Shown: positions 42,101-57,305, counted from the stretch's first letter. The stretch is 64,000 nt of DNA from Octopus vulgaris (GCA_951406725.2 OX597821.1:107074001-107138000); one strand, 5' to 3'. Notes: a model not told the origin generated them from the letters alone. Made by a program: numbers and translations.

Positions 42101-42599
42101 ACTTTTATTCCTACCTTAGTTCATCTAATTGTATATATCTATCGTTAGTTTTCATAAAAAGCCTTTACTTTTTTTTTGTTTTCATTGTGCATTTTCGCTT
42201 ATTTTTGTTCTTACTTTCTCCTTACATTTCCACGTGTAGCCTCTATTTTCTTTTTGTAACATATGAAATTGATCATCACATATATTCCTCTATATTTGAA
42301 ACCTCGCGTTTTCCCAACTCGTGATTAGACTTTTCTTTCACTACAAATTATTTTCATAAATTTCAAACGACCAAATAAACAAAACCACACACTCCTATGA
42401 GAGAGTATTTATTTATATATACACTTCGTCAACACCTTCTGATAACTAAAGGATCACCCACACATTAAAAATTAGAAAAAGAGGGAAAAAAAGAAAAGAA
42501 AAGAAAGATAAAATAACTGCAAGCTCATAATTCAAATACAAATTTCTCAGTATTACAGCAAACATTCTGTACAATCTATTCTACATACTTCTCCTTAAA

Positions 42600-45500
42600 T
42601 AAATAAAAATAATCAACAAAACAAACGAACAAAATAAAATTTAATAAAACATATCCACCAGAATGGCTAGCCACCAAAAATCCAACAAAAACCGGTCTGA
42701 TAATGAAATCGACGTTCTTATCAACACATGGCATTGCCTTACCCAAACAGAAAACATCGGTGCTTCGTGTCTGAACGAAATTGCTAAACGAACAGTTCAC
42801 CTTTTGCAAACTCGATCTGAACTGCAGATACAAAATAAATTAAAGCAAATCGAAGTTGCTTTTAAATTAATAAACACTTCGATAAACTGAGATGTGTTTT
42901 CTCTTCGAAAGCATCACCGGCGCAACAACAACAGCAACAACAACAACAACCTCAACAACAACAGTATGAACCACTCCTTGATTCATCTACAATGGCCGAT
43001 TTGCTAAACGAAACGATTGACCCCCCCCCCCCAGTCACCAGGGTAACACAGCAGGAAGCACCACCCCTTCTTTTCACTGCCCCAGCAGCTCAATCATGAT
43101 CACTGTCAACATCATCTCCTCTGCTTACTACTACTAGTACTACACCCACTATCAATCCACAAACATCTTTGTCTACCGCTATCTCATGGAATCCACCTCC
43201 TCAATCATCATCAGTCAACATCTCTTCTGCCTGCTACTACTACTACAACTACTACTAATGCTATCTCAAGGAGTCTACCTCCTACAGGTCACAAAGGTCG
43301 CCAAAACCTCAACAAACTATCATCTACACCTCTCACAACTCACACACGCACCTACACACCAACTCGAAACCCCATCATTTGCCGATATTCTCTTCGCCAT
43401 AAATTATGCACTGATAGAGACTGCAAATCTACCCATTTACCTGGAACAAAACGCTCTATCCCCACAAACTACAACAGCCACCACCATAATACATACTCTA
43501 TTACAACACCACTACAGCCACCAATATATCAAACAAGGAATCCCCAAATCTGCCGCTATTTCCAGCGAGACAGATTGTGTTTGCACAGGGATTGCCCCTT
43601 TACCCATCTCCCGGGGACCCGTCGGACAAATGATAATATAAATAAAAATAAAAGCAAAAAAACCTACGACTCATATAGAAATAACCACTCATATAAAAAT
43701 AGCCACAACCACAGTCACCTACAGTTCCCTAGACAGGAAACTCTTTTTTAGCTATAATGAATCTAGCAAAAGAACTGGAAAAAATATCCGAGCTATAACC
43801 CACCACCATCCACCACTATCACCCCACTGCACATGCCATTAAAAAGCAAACAAATAAGCAAAACACCAAAACAATTAAAACCATCCACTCTCGCCTCAAC
43901 ATTTTTGCTTGACGCCCAAGGCATCAGCCCTACCACCAATACTCAAAAATGGAAAATAAAATTCCTGGAGGACTGGGTTGATGCCCATCCAAACCACACC
44001 CCTTTCTTCGTCCTCACCGAAACCCATCTTAGTAACCTCCACTTGGAAGCCGAGGTAAAAGTTAAAAATTTCAAAGCCATTCGTGCTGATCGTGCTGGCA
44101 GAAGAAAGGGTGGGACTGCCATTTATGTACATGATTCTTTCTCAACAGAGGCTATGAACATATTTTCCAATGGATACTGCGAAGCATTCGCTGTATTCAG
44201 TCAAACCAACAACTTAATAGTAGTTGGGCTCTACATACCACCCCAAACGCCCCTACCATGCTTCAAGGAATGCCTCAAAAACATAAAGTGTTTCATTCAG
44301 CAGTATCAATCTGACAACATCTTAATGATGGGGGACTTCAATCTCCCTGGAGTTGACTGGTCTACAAACAGTCTGCCGCCAGGTTCTTCTGTCTCAACCC
44401 CTGACAGCGAGACAGTGGAATCGCTTCATGATTTCATGGATGATTTCTTCCTGTCCCAACTGGTGCTCGAACCAACGAGATGTCACATAAACGTCCTAGA
44501 CGTAATTTTCAGCAATCACACTGACACTATCCACAATATTGCAGTGGAGAAAACTCTACTCTCTGATCATGACATGGTTCTCCGTGATCTGAGATTTCAC
44601 CGGCCAAAATGCAAAAGGAACGTCATCCCTCCTATCCATCCATTTGACTCTATGGATTTCCACAACGCAAACTGGGAAGCGATCAGTAATGATCTTGCAC
44701 AAGTCGATTGGTCCTTCACGCACACATACACACCCACTAACATCAAAAACATCAAAAAGTCCTGGCAGTCATTTGTAGAAACCATTACGAACATATGTGC
44801 AAAACACACCCCATTAAGATCTGCAAACAAATCTAAGTGCAGAATCCCTAGAAATAGAAAAACTCTCATCAGGAAAATTAAAAGAATTAACAAAAAAATC
44901 AACATAGGCGCAGGAGTGGATGTGTGGTAATTAGCTTGTTTACCAACCACATGTTTCCGGGTTCAGTCCCACTGCGTGGCACCTTGGGCAAGTATCTTCT
45001 ACTATAGCCTCGGGGCGACCAAAGCCTTGTGAGTGGATTTGGTAGATGGAAACTGAAAGAAGCCCATCGTATATCTGTATATATATATATGTGTGTGTGT
45101 TTGTGTTTGTGTGTCTGTGTTTGTCCCCCTAGCATTGCTTGACAACCGATGCTGATGTGTTTACGTCCTCGTCACTTAACGGTTCGGCAAAACAGACCGA
45201 TAGAATAAGTACTGGGCTTACAAAGAATAAGTGCCGGGATCGAGTTGCTCGATTAAAGGCGGTGCTCCAGCATGGCCGCAGTCAAATGACTGAAACGAGT
45301 AAAAGAGAGTAAAGAGTAAGCTGAAATACTGTCAACAGCAACACACCAACCTGACTGCCATCACGTCACTAGAGATTAAAAAACATAACCTCCAAAATAA
45401 CATGATGTTTATCATCAATAGTCAGAGAAGAGCTGAAGAGGCCTGGACCATTGAGAAGATCAAACTTAATCCCAAAGTGTTCTTCTCATTTGCAAAAAAA

Positions 45501-47340
45501 CACAAAGTTACTGGCTCTACTGTTGGCCCTCTGATTGATGAAAATGGTACTCTTCAAGACAATGCTAAAACCATGGGAGAGATGTTGCAGAAACAATACT
45601 GCTCTGTTTTCAGCAATCCTGATATAGCTGATCAGGGCTCTATCAGTGATGTTACACCCCAATACACTTTATCGGACATAACCTTTGGCGCTCCTGATGT
45701 CTTAGCAGCAATAAAGGAAATGAAGCATAATTCAACAGTAGGTCTCGATAGGTTCCCTGCTTGTGTCTTGAAGATGTGTCAATACCAACTTGCACCCCCT
45801 CTAGCCTATCTGTGGCGGATGCTGGATGCTGGATATATACCAGAAAACCTTCTATCCCAGTCTGTTGTCCCAGTTTTCAAAAAAGGAGACAAATCCCTTG
45901 CCGTGAATTACCGTCCAATCTCACTCACCTCTCATATCATTAAGGTATTTGAGAGAGTGGTGAGATCGCGTATGACTCACTTCCTTCAGAGTCATAATAT
46001 GCTGAACTCCAACCAGCATGGATTCCATAATGGAAGGGATTGCCTGACGCAGCTACTGCATCACTTCGATGACATTTTGAGAGCCTTGGAAGAGGGTTCC
46101 AAAACTGATGTTATCTACCTTGATTTCAGCAAGCCCTTTCAGAGGGTTGATCATAAGATCCTTTTGAGAAAGCTGTCCAATATTGGTGTCACTGGAAAGC
46201 TACTGCAGTGGATCAAGGGCTTCCTGTCAAACAGAACCCAACATGTTATAGTTGAAGGGGTCAATTCCAGCCCAGCCAAAGTCAGTAGTAGTGTCCCACA
46301 AGGCACTGTATTGGACCCACTTCTCTTCATCATCTACATTAATGACATCACTGACATCATCAAACACAGTAACATCAGAATCTTCGCTGATGATTCCAAG
46401 CTCCAAAAGGTCATCAATGGCGTGGATGACTGGATAAACCTTCAGTCAGACCTACTGGCTGTTGTCCAATGGGCGGAAAAGAACAACATGTTGCTAAACG
46501 AAGACAAATTCGAATTGATCCACTTTGGAAGGGAGGACGCTCTGAAACTCCCATACTCCCTTCCTTCTGGTGAAATTCTCATGGCGTCTGACAACATCAG
46601 AGACTTTGGAGTAACTGTGGACAACAACATAAGCTGGGCTACACATATAAGCAGCAAAGTCGACATGGCCCGCAGAATGTGTTCCTGGATTCTCAGAACC
46701 TTCCAGTCGAGAGATTCCCGAACCATTATCCTTCTCTTCTCCATATTTGCCCGACCTCACCTTGAATACTGCTGTCCTCTGTGGTCTCCCTACACGAAAC
46801 GGAATATTATGAAAGTTGAAGTTCTCCAAAGGTCAATCACGAAAAAGATAGATGGCATGTCAGACCTTGACTACTGGGGTCGACTGGAAAAGCTGAAACT
46901 GTATTCACTCTAACGACGCCGTGAACGCTACATTATCTGTATGATGTGGAAAATATTCCATCAGCACTGTCCAAATGATGTTGGTATCACCTTCAAAATA
47001 CATCCAAGACTTATACCCCGTGCCATCCGTCCACAGCAAAAATCTAAATCGCATCTCATAACAACAATACGGCACAATTAGTTCACCTCAATTGGACCCG
47101 CTCTCTTCAACATTACACCAGGACACCTCAAAACAGAAACTGACCACACAAAATTCAAGAAGTATTTGGACAAATTCCTTCAAACAGTCCCGGATAAACC
47201 ACCCACACCTGATATGTCTCCGCAAACAATAACTCTCTGCTCGAATGGGCCTTGGTGCCCAAATCCTGAATTGAAAGACTTCGCCAGGTGGTGCTATTAA
47301 GTTAGATATGACCTGGGGCAATACTGGCCAAAACCTTTCT
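42600..47340 (+). mobile_element. Near full-length CR1-like LINE (second family), ORF2 split by a SINE
   Basis: APE 43833-44905 (VLTETHL, KGGTAIYV, MGDFNLP, SDHDMV); RT 45402-46913 (NYRPISLTS, QHGF, YLDFSK, VPQGTVL.PLLF, FADD). The 5' boundary is approximate. Confidence 0.92.
44906..45319 (+). mobile_element. tRNA-derived SINE (family 3) inserted into LINE ORF2
   Basis: GGCGCAGGAGTGG.TGTGTGGTAA...CCGGGTTCAGTCCC head and AAAAGAGT tail; the LINE protein KKIN resumes as KLKYCQ after it. Confidence 0.85.
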
Positions 47341-47631
47341 AAGCTATATATATATATATATATTTTCATAAAGCTTCCCGTTATATATATATATATATAT
47401 ACTTCCGGTCTTTCAATATGTGACCTCGTGAGTACCGTTGGTGATTTTTTCCCTCTGTCTTCCCCTCTCGGGATCTTTCCTTCTCCTATGTTTCCGACGA
47501 AGAGCTCCGCTCTAAACGTTAAACCCTCCTTCTTCCCTTCTTTCCTGAGCGTCCAATAATAATTTATTTGTTCCACGTCCTCGCGTTGTTGTGTTTTTTG
47601 TTGTTTTTTGTGTTTTCTTGTTTAGTTTAAC

Positions 47632-47712
<81 letters not shown>

Positions 47713-47739
47713 CATATATACATATACATAAATACGTGG

Positions 47740-48121
47740 AGGCGCAATGGCCCAGTGGTTAGGGCAGCGGACTCGCGGTCGTAGGATCGCGATTTCGATT
47801 CCCAGACCGGTCGTTGTGAGTGTTTATTGAGCGAAAACACTTAAAGCTCCACGAGGCTCCAGCAGGGGATGGTGGTGATCCCTGCTGCACTCTTTCACCA
47901 CAACTTCCTCTCACTCTTACTTCCTGTTTCTGTTGTACCTGTATTTCAAGGGGCCGGCCTTGTCACTCTCTGTGTCACGCTGAATATCCCCGAGAACTAC
48001 GTTAAGGGTACACGTGTCTGTGGAGTGCTCAGCCACTTACACGTTAATTTCACGAGCAGGCTGTTCCGTTGATTCGGATCAACCGGAACCCTCGTCGTCG
48101 TAACCGACGGAGTGCTTCCAA
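47740..48121 (+). mobile_element. tRNA-derived SINE, family 2 head with a distinct 3' tail
   Basis: Head matches 33890. Confidence 0.85.
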
Positions 48122-48476
48122 ACATAAATACATATAGAGAGATATAGATAGACATAGATAGATAGATAGATGGATATTGATCTTAACGTACCAAAGATAT
48201 ACACAAGCAAAATATTATAATTTTATCCATACCCACACTGTTCCTCTTTCTTCTCTAAGCTCTTCCTTTCTAATTTTTCTTCTATCTGATGTAGCTCCAT
48301 GTTTCAGATCGATTTTATTACAAAATATATATGTTTCTAGCAGGTCAATGGCAATATCATACAAAATAGTAAGTAGAAACAAATCTTAGATGGGATGGTG
48401 TCTATTTGTATTGAATTAATAATAATTGATGTCATTCAATTGTTGTTCCTCAATATTTCTCCATTTTCTGTTTTCT

Positions 48477-48546
<70 letters not shown>

Positions 48547-48630
48547 TCTGGGCTTATATATAAATAAATATATATATATATGTGTGTGCGTGTGTGTGTG
48601 TGTTTGTGTGTGTGTGTGTTTGTGTATGTC

Positions 48631-48705
<75 letters not shown>

Positions 48706-48944
48706 ATGTGTGTGTGTGTAGAATTTTGAAAAGGAATACACGAGTTGATATGCATGGAAATTAATTCAAGATAGAAAATCCTAAAATTATTTTATAAAAA
48801 ACATTACCGTTTTCGGTTATTGAGACGTTTCCAACTGTAAGTATGGAAAACAATTAAATATCCAAAAAATTAAATGTAACCGGTACTGCAATGATTTTTA
48901 TAAAATCATTTTAGCATTTTCTGCCTTGACTGTGTGTGTGAGTT

Positions 48945-49019
<75 letters not shown>

Positions 49020-49229
49020 CCATGTATGTATGTATTTATGTATATAAGTTTGTACTTTAGTACTCTATCTGTAGTGCTCTCTAGGTACTCTATAACACAC
49101 TTGCTCTCCATCTCCATACCTTTTCTACTGCTGTTAAGCCTCTCCCAACTTGATCTGTCCCCAAGTAAAGCCGGTTGACATCAGCGCTCGGATGGTAGGC
49201 TCCATATTGTTATTATGATTATTATTATT

Positions 49230-49777
49230 GAGTGACAGAGCAGTTCATGCCATCAAAGTGACACTGGGGTAAAATATACGAAGCCCAGTATACCCATCAT
49301 GACTACCCGTCTGATAAGGGTACATCAGGAACATGCATCATAACCATATGTGCGCGACATGGTGATCTCATATCAAGATAAACAACGCATGACCTTGCAG
49401 GTGGGGCCCAGTTAGAATTTTCTTCAGCCCATCCCGCTCAAAAGGTCCCTGAATGAGGATTGTTTAAGGATGTTGAACAAACCACCCATGTTTTCAGAGG
49501 TGAATTATCCAAACCTCTAAGAATTCCTTTCAACACATGGCTATGATACTCCCCCACTACTTCTGCTCGTGATCAGAGATGCACATATCGTCAGCCATTA
49601 AGGGACATGTCCAAATGGTTAAGGTCAAACAACTGACAAGCAAATCTGTGGTATTGGGCAGAATATTTGCTGTAGCCCATCATTTATACCAAAACAAAAC
49701 AATGTACATGATAACACTTCCAATCAGTTAAGATCAGAAGCCATGAGAGCTACAGTCTGGTACTGCATCAGGGTATT
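49230..49777 (-). mobile_element. Copy of the (AAT)n-associated ~550-bp repeat
   Basis: Reverse complement of 14794-15350. Confidence 0.85.
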
Positions 49778-49789
49778 TATTATTATTAT

Positions 49790-52080
49790 TTTTTTTTTCT
49801 TCTTTCAAATTTGCTTCCATTTCTTGCCGAGTGTCTTCCCGACTCCTAGGGCAAAGAAACTCATAGTACACATTGGTAGGCCATTAAACTAAACTCAATA
49901 GTTCGTTCATTTTTTTTTTAAGGTAAATTAAAATATATGGGTAGTAATAGTTCTCACATCGACAATGCTCTTCTCAATACGTGTGATGTACCAGTTAAGA
50001 CAATCTTTTGCACTTCTTGCAGGGATGGTAAGCCAGGGATCATTCTCATATAATTTCCGGTTCCCTTTTTGATCATTCCTAATGCTCCTACGATCACTGG
50101 TATTGTAACCGCCTTGAGATGCCACATTTTCTCAATTTCAATGCGCAGGTCTTTATATTTTTTGAGCTTGTCAAACTCTTTCGCCGAGATATTATGATCA
50201 AAAGGGATGCTCATGTAGATCAATAAGCAAACTTTATTGTTTTGGTCTTTCACAACAATATCTGGTTTATTGGCTTTGATGTTCGGTCTGTATGTACTGA
50301 AAAGTCCCACAGATTCGTTACATTTTCTTCTTCAGTTACAGCTTCAGAGGTTTCTCCTCCCACCTATCAGCCAATTGCTCGTGCGCTTTTTTCGTTGCCA
50401 TTATTTTCACCTTCTTTGCAACAATAGTTGCTGTACTTCCCTCGGGTTGTTCAGTTTGGGTATACTGCACGTGATCAATAGCAAATATTTTGCTTTCCTT
50501 TATGATAGAATGAAGCTTCTTTCGTCTCTCATGATTTTCCACGAGCTTTAGCATCCAGTCATACGTTATTTCAAGATATTTGGCCAGTCCAATTGTGGTT
50601 GTTTTGTAAGCTAGTTCAAATTGGATCAGGCCTCGACCTTCTTGGACTCTGGGAAGGTAAAGGCGATCTACGTCTGCCTTTGGGTGGTGCATCCTATTAC
50701 AACTCAGCAGCTTGCGTATTTTCCTATCTATATTCTTTATTTCACTCATATTCCAGTTCAACACATTGTAGCTATAGGTAACAACTGGAACTGCTAAGGA
50801 ATTTATAGCTAACACCTGCATTTAGTTCAGATTTCAGGACTGCACGAACTCTCCTATAACATTCCTTCCTGATCTTCTCTTTCATGCTTGCATGCTGAAT
50901 ACCAGAGCCTTCATTTATCCCTATGTATGTTTGTTCTTGCTCAAGCTCTCTTATGACTGTGTCAACATCCAACACGACTGAATTTGTGGTCTTCACTTTC
51001 CCTTTCTGGAAAGTGGCCTTGGCACACTTCTCAAGCCCAAACAGTGCATAATAGGCCTTCACGTTCATTATCGTTTTACCATAGAGTTTAAAGTCATCCA
51101 TATAAAATAGATGGCTTATTTTTTTATTGGCAATTTTATACCCATACCTTGTTCTGTTTAATTCACTTGTAAGGGGTATTAGGCTATGCAGAATATTAAA
51201 GGTGAAAGTGAGTCACCTTGAAAAAATTCCACAGTTGATGTTTATATTTTCTGAGGCAAGTACTCCATTAGAGTGGTATAATTGGAGATTCGTATTCCAC
51301 AACGACATATAGTGCTTCAGGAAGTTTGAAATCACAGAGGAAATTTTGAAGATGTCCAGCGATCTCAAGATCCATGGATGCGGTATACTGTCGAAGGCCT
51401 TTTTATAGTCAATCCATGCGGAGCTGAGATTTCTGCGCTTGTTGTGACAGTTCTCAACAATCATACGATTAATTAGCAGTTGATCTTTGCATCCGTATGA
51501 GCCTCGGCGGCACCCTTTTTGTTCAATGGGGAAAATATCGTTCTTCTCCATGAATGCATATGTTTTCTCCGCCAGGATAGATGTTAGGATGTTATATGTG
51601 GTGGATAGACAGGTTATAGGCCGATAGTTTTTTGGAAGGTTGGTTTCGTTATTCTTTGGGAGCAGGTAAGTAATACCACTTGCTAACCATTCAGGTGTTT
51701 TCTTTGGGTCTCTCATAATTCCATTGAGCAGCTGATCTAGCTTACCGTGTGCGCATGGGAGCGATGCGAGCCAGAAATTCGGCACCCTATCATTACCGGG
51801 GGATTTCCAATTATGGGCCTTCGTGAGTGCCTTTCTTAGGTCTGCTATTGTGATGTCTTCCCATGCTTGTTGTTGTAAATTTTGGTAGGATCCTTCAGTT
51901 TGTATAATCCAGTCTGCATTTATGTTGTACGTCTTCTTGTCACTCCAAAACCTTTTCCAAAAGTTTTGAACTTCTTCCATGGGAGGGGTGGTCTTTAACG
52001 GTTACTTTCTCCTTCCCTAGTTCTCTGTAGAATTTTTTGGCATTGGATGTGAACAGCTTATTTTGCTTGTAAGACCTGTA
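49790..52080 (-). mobile_element. R4/Dong-like LINE remnant (RT plus REL endonuclease, internal deletion near 50330)
   Basis: NWKSPGND, NYRPITCL, EQKGC, WIDYKKAFDS, LFYMDD, MHHPKADVDRLYLPR, KPDIVV, IPVIVGALG. Confidence 0.9.
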
Positions 52081-52111
52081 AGATTTATTATTATTATTAT
52101 CATTATTATTA

Positions 52112-52166
<55 letters not shown>

Positions 52167-52170
52167 CATT

Positions 52171-52202
<32 letters not shown>

Positions 52203-52775
52203 CATCATTATTTAGTAGTCTTATTTTTCCTCACGCGTTTTCACTGTACTACGGAGCGCACCTCTGTACTACGGAGCGCACCATATATGCTATGGTTTGT
52301 TGTGGTGCTCTTATTGTTATGGTTTTAATTTGGACTATTATTATTGTTGCTGTTGTTATTGTTAAGCCAATACTGAAACTGGACAACAACACATGCAAGT
52401 AAATAGTTTACAACTCCTCACGCATTACTTGGAGAAGTGAGAATTTGTGTGTGGTCGCTAAAACGTTTAACAAAGAATTATAGCAAAGTCCCAGAACAAA
52501 GACAGAGAAGAAGTGAACTAATAGGAGAATGAGAGAAAAATTGCATGACGGTAGAGAAAATTGTCACAGTGTTAGAGATGGAAGATTTTCGTCCATTATT
52601 TCACCGCCATCAAATGTTCACATTTAGAAATCAAAAGACGGATATCGGAAGATAAGATATCACATACATTTAAAATACCAATGAAATTGGGATAGCATAT
52701 TCGATATCTTTTATGATGTAATATGTAAAATAGAATTGAAGAAAAAGTACGATTATATATTATTATATAACTTAC

Positions 52776-53889
52776 CGATTTATTTAAACGAACTCCAATC
52801 CACATCGTTATTAAAAGAATCTTGTTGAACGAAGCCACATATATAATGGAAGTGAGTTCCAGCAATGTATTTTGAAATGAAGAATTTATAATTATATAAG
52901 TAGTAACACAACATCCAGTAATACTAATGAGTACGATCAATCCTGAATAAAACTGATCTGATTCATTTACTAAATTCAGTGTTTTACTCAGAGTATTATG
53001 TGAGTTACATATTTCTGGAATCTCTTTATATTCCTTAAAGAAATACGAATTATTTGAATGCTTTTCTTTTACGTATCTCTCAGCCTCGCTCGCTACCTTA
53101 TTAAACTCATACTGCAGTGCAGTTCCAATTGCCATATTGATATACCAAGCAAACGGTATGTACGTATGTGATGTAAAATCAAATACAATGAGAATTAACG
53201 AAATAATTAAGTCAATAGATTTGCTACTGTTTGTTGTGGAATTCGAAACAGACTTCATGAGAAACGAGGGAACGTAGTACATAATATCGAATATAATAGG
53301 CGGCAGTAATGTCACTATAGAAAGTGATATAAAAGAAAATATTAAGTTATTGTTTTAGAAATTTTCATCGCCTTCTTCAATTGTAAGTTTGGTGAATACT
53401 TCGAGTATTTCTTTGTCTTTAGATTTACTGAAGAATTTGATCAGACCGTAGATTGATATCAAACACAGAAGAAATAGTGCATAAATATATACAATTATAC
53501 GATCAGTTGTTAAGCTCTGGTATGGGTGACAAAGACAGACACACAAGTACATACAAATACATACATACATACATACATACATACATACATACATACATAC
53601 ATACATACATACATACATGCATACATATATATATATAACACTGAAAATATATTGCACTAATATATACATATATGTCATGAGTTTCAATATGATACGCTTC
53701 TATTATATCGTAAATATATATAATGGGAGCTGTAATCAGATTTATAGAATACAGTGTATAAAAGGCAGAGATACAGATATTTTTACATTTGAGAGATTTC
53801 AGTGATATGTTCATAAGTGATATCTTACAAATATTAATTTTCCCATAAGATTGTAGTATTTTATAGAATCGTGTTTCTTTTAGTTCCAT
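52776..53889 (-). pseudogene. Unit F: GRL-like exon pseudogene (insertion, nonsense mutation, promoter lost)
   Basis: ATG at 53889; ~170-nt SINE/microsatellite insertion at ~53509-53679; TAA at 53355 where paralogues have TAT; donor LNKS|GTAAGT is intact. Confidence 0.85.
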
Positions 53890-54010
53890 ACTTTTTGTAA
53901 TAAAATATCTCTCACAACTTCTATTTAGAGAGTTAAACACGTTGAAATTAAAGACAGATGCCTTATTTCTGTACAAGTTATCTAATTCTTCAATTTTGCT
54001 TTAATAATAA

Positions 54011-54509
54011 GAATCTCTTTATATTCCTTAAAGAAATACGAAGTATTTGAATGCTTTTCTTTTACGTATCTCTCAGCCTCGCTCGCTACTTTATTAAACT
54101 CATACTGCAGTGCACTCCCAATTTCCATATTGATATACCAATCATAGAGTATGCACGTAAATAATATAAAACCAAATAAAATGGAAAATTAATGATATTA
54201 TAAATTCAAGAGTTTTTCTGGTATTTAAATAATTTTTTGAGGATTTCCGAACGTTGTACATCAAAACGGGAGAAAGTATACTATGATATTGAGTATAATA
54301 GGCGGCAGCAACATCACTATAGAAAGAGATATAAAAGAAAATATTAAGCTATTGTTATAGAATTTTTCATCGTCTTCTTTAATTGTAAGTTCGGTGAATG
54401 CTTCGTGTATTCTTTGTCTTTAGATTTACTGAAGAATTTGATCAGACCGTAGATTGATATCAAACATAGAAGAAATAGTACATAAATATATAGAATTATA
54501 CGATCAGTT
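54011..54509 (-). pseudogene. Unit G: internal fragment of a GRL-like exon (TM2 to the loop after TM4)
   Basis: Homologous to unit F from TDRI..YIY to YFFKEYKEI; both ends missing; same SINE junction as F. Confidence 0.8.
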
Positions 54510-54725
54510 GTTAACTTCTGGTATGGGTGACAAAGACAGACTCACAAATACATACATACATATATATATATATAAATGAATATTTTCGACAGGCTTCTTT
54601 AAGTTTTCCTCTACCAAGCACACTGACAAGGGTTTTGACCGCCCAAAGCAATGTTAGAAGACACGTGCCAAACGAAAGCGAAACCGTGCGGTTGGGAAGC
54701 AAGCTTCTTACCAGCAAGACAGTTC

Positions 54726-54730
<5 letters not shown>
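54510..54730 (-). mobile_element. SINE family 3 fragment
   Basis: CGACAGGCTTCTTTAAGTTT...GTTGGGAAGCAAGCTTCTTACCA is the reverse complement of the family 3 body. Confidence 0.65.
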
Positions 54731-54788
<58 letters not shown>

Positions 54789-54906
54789 AGGATAATATCG
54801 ATATTTAAACATCGATATAATCAAGTGGCCAGCATGGGAAAAATACCATACAAACTTTATAATTTTTTACAACTAAAAATAGGTGTGCCTGACAGACACC
54901 ACCATT

Positions 54907-54941
<35 letters not shown>

Positions 54942-55527
54942 ACAGTTGAAACATCCGTGTCAGAACCTGAGACATTGAAGACTGCTTAAATGCAAGAAAT
55001 TATACTAGTCTCTTTATATTTGATATTCAATATTTCATCCATTCAATAAGACAATCAATACTCTTCATATCATTTTACTATATATACTATTCATACTATG
55101 TATTCTATATTCTACATTCATATTATAAAGAACATAAATAAAACATAAAAAACCGCGAGTTGGAATTCATTTGAATAATATATATATATACACACATATA
55201 TATGTGTGTGTGTGGGTATGTGTTATGTTTATTGTATGTTTCTGTGTTTGTGTGCGTATACGTGTGTTTGTATATGTATATGCGGTGGGGGTGGTGCTAA
55301 AAATATCCTCGCTTTAAGGGTATCACAAAAAGCCTTTTTCGAGCCATGAAATTTCGTATCCCTCTAATTGGCTTAGAGACTGAAGCACTGCTGCAACATG
55401 TGCGTGAGTTGCAGCGTGATTGGGGGAACTAAGTTCGGGAAAATCAAATCCTACTGATCCTATTGTATTTTCTTTCGTCGAAACCAGGAACATTTCCGAA
55501 CACAATCGTATAAATATATGCATGTGT

Positions 55528-55580
<53 letters not shown>

Positions 55581-55609
55581 TGTGTTTGTGTGTGCGTGTG
55601 TGTATATGT

Positions 55610-55946
55610 CGGAGACCCCCTTCGGTCACGACACAGACCATGGGATTGCACCTAGAAAGTTACCCTCCTAGGAACAAGTCCGGGCGAGGTTGTTTATGGA
55701 AGACCAGCAGTCGCCCATGCATACCAGCCTCCCCTCTCCACGCCACCAGTGTTATCCAAGGGAAAGACAAAGGTCGATACAGCTTGGCACCAGTGACGTC
55801 GCAACTCATTTCTACAGCTGAGAGAACTGGAGCAACGTGAAATAAAGTGCCTTGCTCAAGAACACAACACGCAGCCCGGTCCGGGATTCGAGCTCACAAC
55901 CTCACGATCGTAAGCTCGACGCTCTAACCACTGAGCCATGCGCCTT
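55610..55946 (-). mobile_element. tRNA-derived SINE
   Basis: Minus-strand head GGCGCATGGCTCAGTGGTTAGAGCGTCGAGCTTACGATCGTGAGGTTGTGAGCTCGAATCCCGGACC. Confidence 0.85.
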
Positions 55947-56098
55947 CATGTATGTATATGTATCATCTTTATATAAGTATGTTTCTGTAAACAATTCTAC
56001 ACACGTACATTACACACAGATAAACACTGGCACACACTAACACGCATATACATACACAATTATATATATGTACATATGTTTATTTTTATTACGTATGC

Positions 56099-56215
<117 letters not shown>

Positions 56216-56998
56216 CATAAATATATGTATTTGTGTGTGTGTGTAAGTATGTATATCACAATATTAATAACGATGCGTCGGAAACAGGCCCAACATATGG
56301 GTTTTAAGAGCCCTGTAGTTTTGGTTGCCAAACTTAGTACGAATGGTGTCTCGATAAAAAGACCGGTTGGTGGCAAACATTGAAACAAAATAAATGCAAT
56401 GTTAGTGAAATGTGTCTAAAGAAATGTATCAAATAATGGTGTTAATAAGACTGTAACAAATGATAACGTCTTTCGCTAAAAGGTGCAATGTGCTTGCGCA
56501 GCGTACGTCCATTCGTCATCCAGAAATTGCTTCTACACAAAACCAGACAATGAGAAGAATGAGGAAGGAAATATGTAGCTGAATAGAATGGATAACAGCT
56601 TCGGAAACATCGCTGGTAACAAGACACTCAACGCATGCAAGACTCCAGGCGGTTCAACAAAACCTGTGATAAAGAGATTCAATGGCACGCGTTTCAACAA
56701 ATTACATGACTTTACAATCAGAGACTGTATCATTGCGATGTGAACAGTATCGGTCATATCGTCCGTGATCATCCGATTCTTCAACATCATTAATCAAATT
56801 CATCGAGTGATACAGCATCAGTGGATGAATTACAGTGTGATGTTTATGCATTTTACCCAAGTCGAAGTCCAATGTAGCTGCATGGATATTTCAATGTGTA
56901 CTTGGAATGGCGAAGTACATAATATCAAGTATTGTGTTATATATATATATACACATATATACATATATCTATATATACATATATATATATACATATAT

Positions 56999-57029
<31 letters not shown>

Positions 57030-57042
57030 CATATATATATAG

Positions 57043-57101
<59 letters not shown>

Positions 57102-57103
57102 CA

Positions 57104-57148
57104 GATAAATAGATAGGTAGATAAATAGATAGATATATAGATAGATAT

Positions 57149-57182
<34 letters not shown>

Positions 57183-57188
57183 GGATAA

Positions 57189-57267
<79 letters not shown>
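57104..57267. repeat. (GATA)n microsatellite
   Basis: Directly visible. Confidence 0.95.
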
Positions 57268-57305
57268 CTTAGATGGGCAGGTAGATAGATAGACGATATA
57301 GATAT

